Shown: in pieces, positions 55,233 through 64,000 of the stretch
Layout: the number at the start of each line of letters is the position of its first letter
Position numbering within the stretch: the first letter of the stretch is position 1
Assembly (NCBI GenBank): GCA_951406725.2
Contig: OX597827.1
Location: forward strand, 4,154,001-4,218,000
DNA length: 64,000 nucleotides
Direction of reading: 5' to 3'
Source of the DNA: Octopus vulgaris
Taxonomy: Eukaryota
Position numbers and translations under genes: made by a program
The notes under the pieces: model-generated
What the model was told of the DNA's origin: nothing
Database searches by the model: none
The model's input: only the letters and a program-made list of their open reading frames with translations

Positions 55233-56702
55233 CTGTAAAAATAAAAAGGAAATACAAAAAAAAAATGGCATTAATAATTTCATAAAAAAGTTATTTTAAT
55301 TAACTATTTTTAATACCAACCCACTTTGGACTAACTTTCATCCTATGATACTCACTTCCAGTTTTGAAGTATTTTGAATTAAAACCTCTAATTAAAATTC
55401 CATGCTAATTTATACTCTAGATACCAGACTAATGATGACAAAGTTATTTAACTAAATTATTTTTAAAAATAAAGTGAAATCAAAGGATCATATTTTGGCA
55501 GAACTATAATAGCAAAAGGGTTAATTTAATTGTGTAATACTACATTTAATATATTGTTTGTCATGATTTTAGTGAGTGGAAGTAGACCAAAGCCCTTAAC
55601 ACTTTTCAGAGTCTCTTAGACTGTTGTGTGGAGGGAAGACAATTATAGACAGCTCAGAGACCAAGACAAAATTCTTGGAACAGTGCAGACACACTTAACG
55701 TCACTCAAAAACCAAGTAGTTGTATTAATATGAACAATAGATTGAGTCTTCCATGCAAATACAGAAGTAGCCACTCTGACAGAATTCATCACAGTTTCCA
55801 TCTACCAAATTTTAGTCACAAGGTTTTGGGCAGATGAAGCTATGGTAAAAATATTTTCCCCAAGGTACAGCATAGTAGAATTGTGAAACCAAAACCATGG
55901 AGTTACTCTATTAGAAAAGGCTCATAAAAAGTAATTTGAGACAAATGGAAGTATTTTTAGTAAGTACAAACATATTTTATATCAGATTTAAGTCCTACCT
56001 ATATTCTGTTTTGAAATGGAGTAAAAATTGAGTGGAGAATGTTCTTCTGTTTCCTCTATTACAGAATGTGAAAGGAATTTTTAAGTCCTCTCAGATTGGA
56101 GATATTTACCTTGGATTTTTGTAGATTGTTGATGCCTACAAGATGTAAGTCCTGGAAGGGAACTGAATGGCTTTTGTTTCAATTAATTTTGAAAATAATT
56201 ACAATGTTAGTAAAATGACTTTGTCCTTATTATTTATTTTATCTAGTTTCAGCACACGAGCTGTGGCCATGCTGGGGCACCACCATTGAATTAGTGTGAG
56301 CTCACCAGGATTATGCTGGTATTTGGAACATAAATTAACATGACACTTTAGTGGAAGTATTGAGTTTAGAAAACAGAAAACACTTTGAAAACAGAAAGCT
56401 TTATCATAGAACCAGATGCAGTCCTGGGCAAGTGGATATAAAAAAAAAAAATTTTAATTTCTATTTAGATTCCTTTAAAACAAAAAGGTTTATATAAAAC
56501 AACCAGAGCAGTTTTGGCTGTAATGGTATCAAAAGGGCTAAGAACAGTATTTGTTGAATAGTTTGTATAATCAGATGAGTTCAGAAAAATGGCTGAGGAG
56601 GCAAATGAGTGTGGTAATAAGTATGTAAATTCAAAAGTGCAGCAACTGTTGTAGTACTAGTAAAAGAGAGAGGAAGATAGATAGATAGAGAGAGAGAGAG
56701 AG

Positions 56703-56803
<101 letters not shown>

Positions 56804-57016
56804 GTTGTGTTAGTAATGGTCATGTATATAACCTTCTTTTCCTCATTTCAGTCATTGGGCTGCAGCCTTGCTAGGACACTGCCTTGAAGGGTGTCAGATC
56901 AACAAATCAACTGCAATACTTGTTTTTCTTTCCAAGTCTGGTACTGATTCTACCACTGTCTTTTGCCACACTGTTTAGTCATGAGGATGTAAACAAACTC
57001 ACATCAGTTGCCAAGT

Positions 57017-57277
57017 GGTAAAGGTAAAGGTAAAGTTACCTCCTTGAGTCATACTGACTCATAACAGCCAGTTTCCTGGTTCCATGGCATATATATTCCC
57101 CATCTGGATGGACACCAGTCCATCACATGATTATCCATTTTTGCCAGCTGAGTGGACTGGAGCAACGTGAAAGGAAGTGTTTGCTCAACAACACGTGTCA
57201 CCTGGTCAAGGAATTGAAACCACAATCTTACACTCATGAGTCCAACATCCTAACCACTAAGCCATGTGCCTCCACTA
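57017..57277 (-). mobile_element. SINE family D with (ACCTTT)n tail
   Basis: tRNA-like head at ~57277, tail GGTAACTTTACCTTTACCTTTACC. Confidence 0.7.
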
Positions 57278-57894
57278 GTTGTCAAATAATGGAAAATAAA
57301 TACAAAGACATACACACCCACCCACCCATGCACACATATATACAATTGGCTTCCACGGAGTTTCCATCTATCTAATTCACTCACAAGGCATTGGCTGGCA
57401 TGGGGCTAAAGTAGATACACAATGGAACGGAACCCAAACCATGTTGGTTCAAAGTAAGCTTCTTAACCTGACAGCCGATGTGAGTGAACCTTGCCAATCA
57501 TTCCAGTGCCCCCTTTTTGTTTTGTTTTAATGTTATCTACAATGATTGTGGGTGCAATTTCTGCCCTGACCCAGGCAAAGGAACTGTTTTGAAGTCATCA
57601 TTGTCATTTACCTCAAATTCAACAAAAGATCCTGCAGACTTAGGATCAACTGCTTTCCAGGTGTCACAATCCTAACATTCCTTCGCACTTAGAGAGAGGT
57701 GGGTTTTTCTAGAAAATAAAGGGATCTGTGAAGGAAACCTTCCTTCCGACAATGTATCTGGTATCTTTTTATTTATCTTTTAATCTTTTACTTGTTTCAG
57801 TCATTAGACTGTGGCCATGCTGGGACAACACCTTGAAGGTAAAACAGTCAACTACTGGGGTCAATAATAATAATAACTATCATTACTATTACTC

Positions 57895-58741
57895 TCTCTT
57901 TTACGCTTTTACTTGTTTCAGTAATTTGACAATGGCCATGCTCGAGCACCGCCTTTAGTTGAGCAAATCGACCCCAGGACTTATTCTTTGTAAGCCTAGT
58001 ACTTATTCTATTGGTCTCTTTTACCGAACCGCTAAGTTACGGGGACATAAACACAGCAGCATCGTTAGTCAAGCGATGTTGGGAAGACAAGCACAGACAC
58101 ACATGCACACACACACATATATATACATATACATATATACAACGGGCTTCTTTCAGTTTCCATCTTCCAAATCCCCTCACAAGGCTTTGGTTGGCCTGAG
58201 GCTATAGTAGAAGACTCTTGCCCAAGGTGCCATACAGTGGGACTGAACCCAGAAGAATGTGGTTGGCAAGCAAGCTACTTACCACACAGCCACTCCTGCA
58301 CCAATTATTTGGCAATTACTTAAGGCAATGAGCTGGCAGAACCATTAGCATGCTGAGTAAAATACTTAGAAGTATTTTGTCTGTCTTTATGTTTTGAATT
58401 CCAGTTCCACTAAGATCAACTTTGCCTTTCATCTTTGCAGGGTCTATAGAATAAGTACCAGTGAAACACTGGGCTTGATGTAATCAACTAGTCCACTCCC
58501 ACCAAAATTCAGGCCTTGTGTCTTTAGTAGAAAGGATTATTATTATTATCATTTTTGTCTTCAGGTACTGAGCTGGCCAGGAAAAATGCTTAGTGGTATT
58601 TCACATTATGTTTCTACCAGGGTCAACTTTGCTTTTCATCTTTGCAGGGTCTATAGAATAAGTACCAGTGAAACACTGGGCTTGATGTAATCAACTCATC
58701 CTCTCCTCCAAAATGGCTACCTTTGTGGCAAAATTTGAAAC

Positions 58742-58798
<57 letters not shown>

Positions 58799-59040
58799 CA
58801 TCATCATCATCATTATTATTATTAAGGTGGCAAGCTGGTGAAATTGTTAGCATGCTGAACAAAATAGCAGTATTTCACCTGCCTTTATATTCCGAGTTCA
58901 AATGCTGCCAAGGTCGATTTTGTCTTTCATCCTTTCAGGGTCAATAAATTAAGTACCAACGACACACAGGGGTCGATGTAATCAACTAGTCCCCTTCCCC
59001 CAAATTTTAGGCTTTGCACCTTTAAGTAGAAAGGATTATT
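57895..59040. mobile_element. SINE family A (-, 57895-58300) followed by three tandem family B copies (+, 58320-59040)
   Basis: Family motifs as above. Confidence 0.75.
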
Positions 59041-59298
59041 ATAATTATCCTTTGGTAGTTTCATGCAAATTTCAACTGCTCCACCTGGTGCACTTCCTGA
59101 GATATGTATGACATTGTGTTCTTACTTTTGTGGGGGTTGAGGAAGCTACTTACCACACAGCCACTCCTGCACCTCTTGTTGGTATATTGTACCAATTCGT
59201 TTCATAATGGAGTTTACTTTCTTATTTCTTTTTATATTAGTGTACGTTGTGTTGTCTTATTTTATTGGATCTTAATCTTATGTAGTATATTTAACAAT

Positions 59299-59750
59299 GG
59301 CACATGAAAGGCACCATTCAAGTGTGATCGTTACCAGCGTCGCCTTACTGGCACTTGTGCCTGTGCTTGTAGGGTGCCAAGAGCACCATCCGAGCGTGAT
59401 CGTTGCCAGAGCAGCCAACTGGCTTCTGTGCCGGTGGCACGTAAAAGGGCACCATTCGAGCGTGATCGTTACCAACGTCGCCTTACTGGCACCTGTGTAT
59501 TGGTGGCTTTTGTAAAAAGATTTGAGTGAGGTCATTGCCAGTACCGCCTGACTGGCCCCCATGCCAGTGGCATGTAAAAAGCACCCACTACACTCTCGGA
59601 GTGGTTGGCGTTAGGAAGGGCGTCCAGCTGTAGAAACTTTGCCAGATCAAGATTGGAGCCTGGTGCAGCCATCTGGTTCACCAGCCCTCAGTCAAAATCG
59701 TCCAACCCATGCTAGCATGGAAAGAGGACGTTTAGCGATGATGATGAAGA
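59299..59750 (+). mobile_element. Retroposon with ~62-bp tandem array and constant tail ending (GAT)n
   Basis: Same architecture as 25478-25905 with different unit variants. Confidence 0.7.
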
Positions 59751-59920
59751 TGTATTGTTTTAGATTATTAGGTTATTATTGTATAAAACATGTGTTGTCT
59801 GTGAAGATGTTTCCATTTGAGCTATTCTATTGAATCATGAGCTATTTGAGTGAATTGAGTGTGTCTTTATTTACATTATTTATATTGGATGGATATGTCT
59901 CCTCATCTTGTTTGTTGTTA

Positions 59921-59965
59921 CCACAACATTTCAGCTGATTTACTCTCCAGCCTTCATCAGGTGTC
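59921..59965 (-). ncRNA. Degenerate minimal hammerhead ribozyme motif (Penelope-like element type)
   Basis: GACAC-CTGATGA-A-GGCTG-GAGAGTAAAT-CAGCT-GAAA-TGTT-GTG. Stem II is GGCTG/CAGCT and stem I is CAC/GTG. Departures from GAAACGTT fit CpG decay. Confidence 0.6.
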
Positions 59966-60017
59966 CTGGTAGAATTTTGCGAATTCAGTTCCAGCCAGTG
60001 AACAAATAATAATAATG

Positions 60018-60081
<64 letters not shown>

Positions 60082-60801
60082 TAATAATAAAAATAATATA
60101 TAAAGGATTGAGGTAACTCCTCCAGAAGATATAGAGTCAAAATTAAAAGAAGAGTGCCAATGTTATCTAGTGAACGATATTCCGACATCTTGTGTGTCTT
60201 CAACTGGTTCAAAAAATAATTTTGTCAACCTACTTCATTTCTCTATTTTTAGTTGCTGTGACAAAAGTGCTGGTGTGGTGGACCTTTCTGAACAGTTTGA
60301 AGACAGGCACTTTCCTATCTGACCAAGCTCTCATAAGTTTCTTCATATATAACTTGAAGAGGTAGGTGAGGGTCAAGAGGGAGGTGCTACCGTTTAGTGT
60401 GTTTATTGAAAGGTGGATAAGAGAGTTAGACTGGTGAGGTTGAGCAGACCTACTCTGAGAATGCTTTTCTAAGTGGAAGGAAAGTAACTGGAAGATGGCA
60501 CTTCCAATTCCTTGGAGATGGCAGAATAATCCAGAACATTTTGTGCAAGCTTTTCTTTTAATTATCTACCCCACTATTGAGGATTTTATTTACTCTTTTA
60601 CTCTTTTACTTGTTTCAGTCATTTGACTGTGGCCATGCTGGAGCACCGCCTTTAATCGAGCAACTCGACCCCGGGACTTATTCTTTTGTAAGCCCAGTAC
60701 TTATTCTATTGGTCTCTTTTTGCCGAACCGCTAAGTAACGGGGACGTAAACACACCAGCATCGGTTGTCAAGCAGAATACAAACACACACATATATATAT
60801 A

Positions 60802-61170
60802 CTAGCAGTATCGCCCGGCGTTGCTCAGGTTTGTAAGGGAAATAACTATAAAGCATTTTTAGAGAGTTATAGCCAAAAAATAGCAAAAAATAGCAAAAAA
60901 ATAGCAAAAAAATGGAAAAAAAATGATGGTAAATTTCTTTTTTAGTTAAAAAAGGTGGAGTTGCGTCCCCTAGACAGTTTGTGTTTCTGATTCTGGACCC
61001 CATGTCAGAATTTATCGATTTTTTTCAGAACTGGGGGAACTTTTCAAAATTTTCGCTGCGTTAGTTATGAATTATGACATTGGGCTATGTGTGTGTCAAG
61101 TTTCATCAGAATCGGTTGAAAGCCGTGGTCAGGGTGAAGGTACAAGCAAACAGACACACAGAAACACACA
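60802..61170 (-). mobile_element. Non-autonomous Helitron nested in SINE family A (60590-61360)
   Basis: Minus-strand 3' end CCTGAGCAACGCCGGG-CGATACTG-CTAG|T (subterminal hairpin + CTAG, inserted before T). The 5' end merges into (CA)n/(TA)n. Confidence 0.65.
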
Positions 61171-61553
61171 CACATATATATATATATATACATATATACG
61201 ACGGGCTTCTTTCAGTTTCCGTCTACCAAATCCACTGACAAGGCTTTGGTCTGCCCGAGGCTATAGAAGAAGACACTTGCCCAAGGTGCCACGCAGTGGG
61301 ACTGAACACGGAACCATGTGGTTGGTAAACAAGCTACTTACCACACAGCCACCCCTGCGCCTTTTTTTATTAACTATTTAGTTTTCTAATTTCTATTTTT
61401 ATATTCTTTGGTTATTTTCTTATGGTTGTAGTGTCTCCCCTTAATCGATGTAAATTCCACCTGTTTGTGTGTTGTATCTTGTCCTTTGATATTGTCCCCC
61501 ATATTCTTGGGCCCATGTGGCCACTAAAAGAAATCATCACTATCATACTTTTA

Positions 61554-61605
<52 letters not shown>

Positions 61606-61855
61606 CATTATCATTCTTCTTCTTCTTCTTCTTCTTCTTATCATTATTATTATTATTATTATTGTCTAAGGCAGTGATCTAGCACACTGGGCAAAATGCT
61701 TAGCGGTATTTTGTCTGTCTTGAAATTCCTCCGAGGTTGACTTTGCCTTTCATCCTTTCAGGGTCGATAAATCAAGTACCAGTGACACACTAAGGTGGAT
61801 GTAATCAACTAGTCCCCTGCACCAAAATAACTGCCCTTGTGGCAAAATTTGAAAC

Positions 61856-61892
<37 letters not shown>

Positions 61893-63086
61893 GAGCTCTG
61901 TGTTTGGTCCCTTGTGGGTAGTAAAGAAATTGGTATTCAAGTGGGGATTACTTATTTCTCGGTTACAAACTACACATCATTGAAGACCGTTGCTGTAGCT
62001 GTGATGGTTTTTGTGATTGTTGTTATGGTCGTTGTTGTTGATGTTGTGATTGTTATGGTTGACGATGATGATGATGATGAATTTGTTGTTGCTGTAAACG
62101 TTGGTGATGTTGGTCATTGCTATTGGTTAATGTTGTTGTTGTTAATATTGTTTCTAAGAATACATTTTATATATTACTGCTGTTATGTTGTTGTTGATGA
62201 TAATGATGATGGTTGTATTGTTGTCGTTAACGCTGTTATTGTTAATATTGTTGTTGTGGTTTTATTTTCCATATTGCTGTTGTTGTGGCTGTTGTAATAG
62301 TTATTGATGTTGTTGCAGTTACTCTTTTACTCTTTTACTTGTTTCAGTCATTTGACTGCGGCCATGCTGGAGCACGTTAATGTTTTTTGCTTTTGTTGTT
62401 CTAGAATAGAACACCTCTCCCTCACACACACCAAACAGCTCTCTCTCTCTTTCGCTCTCTTTCTCTCTTTCACAACCTCTCCCTTTCACACACACTCTCT
62501 CTCTCTCTTTCGCTCTCTTTCTCTCTTTCGCTCTCTTTCTCTCTTTCATAACCTCTCTCCCTTTCACACACACACACACACTCTCTCTCTCTCTCTCTTA
62601 CTCTACCATACTATAGCATGGTAGAAATAAATTATTGATGAAATTCATGAGTTTATACGTGGTCGTCTGGAGATCAAATTTTCCCATGGGCATGACAGAC
62701 ACAAAAAGAAGCCATTACAGTGTATCTTTCGTTGTAGATAAACTCTCTCCCTCCTGAATACAATGGAACTAATCAGTCGTTGATGATATCTCTGATAAGG
62801 AGAAAGTCAAGAAATTGATTTTTTTTTGTCACTGTTGTTGTTGTTGTTGTTGTTGTTGTTGTCACATTTGAATGAGAAAAAAATGAAATTTTAGAAAAAA
62901 AGAAGCAAAAAAGAGGAAAATGTTAAACAAATAAAGGGAGGAGTTATTCTGATAATGATATTTTTTATCTATGAGAACTATATTCATAAGTGCTAAAATA
63001 TTCCAGCTTACATACATACATATATGTATACATACATACATACATACACACACACACATACATACATACATACATACATACATACA

Positions 63087-63122
<36 letters not shown>

Positions 63123-63759
63123 TATATATATCTATATCTATATATATATATATATATATATAAAGGTTGTATAAATAAAACATCTTAATTGCTCCATCAG
63201 CAGATGTTTTACTTGAAAAATGAACCACTTATTGATGTAAAAGATGTTTACACTTTCATTTCTGAAGCTCAGAAAAATTTCTTTTCATAAAACCTAACCT
63301 AGTTCATTTTGATTGAACATATTTCACTCAAACTTTTAAATTCATCATAAAAATAAAATGAAAAAATTAATACACATAATGATTTCAAATTTTGGTACAT
63401 GGCCACAGTTTCAGGGTGTGAGAAAGTCAATTACATTGATCTCCCTGGGGCTCAACTGATATTCATTTTATTGACACCAAAAGTATGAAAGGCAAAATAA
63501 GCCTTGGTGGAATTTGAACTCAGAATGTAAAGATGGACAAAACGCCACTAAGCATTTTTCCCAGTGTGCTAACAATTCTGCTAGCCTGTTTCCTTAATTA
63601 GCATGCAGTGATGTAGCTAGAGTGTGTGCTGCCTGGGGCAGTCCTTGAGTTCAATTCCTAACTTCTGTCCCTTTCATTCTTCATCCCCCTTTTTCCTTCT
63701 CTCTCACTCTCTCTGCCTATATATATATATCCTGGCAGATGCCAGGACCCCTGGACTGG

Positions 63760-64000
63760 AGATACGTAAAAAGCACTATCCGAATCGTGGCCGATGCCAG
63801 CGCCACCTCGACTGGCTTCCGTGTCAGTGGCACGTAAAAAGCACCATCCGAATCATGGCCGAAGCCAGTGCCGCCTCGACTGGCTTCCGTGCAGGTGGCA
63901 CGTAAAATGCACCAATCCGACCGTGGCCGATGACAGCCTCGCCTGGCACCAGTGCAGGTGGCACGTAAAAAGCACCCACTACACTCACGGAGTGGTTGGC
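63760..64000 (+). mobile_element. Retroposon with ~62-bp tandem array, runs off window end
   Basis: 3-4 units of GTGGCACGTAAAAAGCACCATCCGAATC..GCCAG..CTGGC, then CACTACACTCACGGAGTGGTTGGC. Confidence 0.7.

Noticed and set aside
60230-60590. Possible LINE remnant
   Set aside because: Too decayed to assign a recognisable motif.

Overview
AT-rich, microsatellite- and SINE-dense animal DNA. The repeat families and the gene type point to an octopus (coleoid cephalopod) genome; this is an inference. Only two host coding segments are supportable, both on the minus strand. The first is a large protocadherin exon (15348-17814) encoding a signal peptide, 6 cadherin repeats, a TM helix and the start of the cytoplasmic tail, bounded by canonical splice sites. 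The second is an isolated terminal exon (54970-55232) that probably ends the next protocadherin upstream, i.e. part of a head-to-tail protocadherin array. The rest is intronic or intergenic: at least four tRNA-derived SINE families, LINE remnants (RTE, CR1-like, R4/Dong-like), mariner/maT/hAT/Helitron derivatives and long SSRs. Nearly all ORFs in the supplied track are SSR artefacts. The most interesting non-coding signals are several Penelope-type minimal hammerhead ribozyme motifs (best at 43358-43445), tandem ~60-bp arrays whose units each fold into a hairpin plus an H-type pseudoknot, a ~100-bp near-perfect palindrome, a foldback mariner and a locally templated mosaic insertion. Repeat boundaries were read by eye and are approximate.
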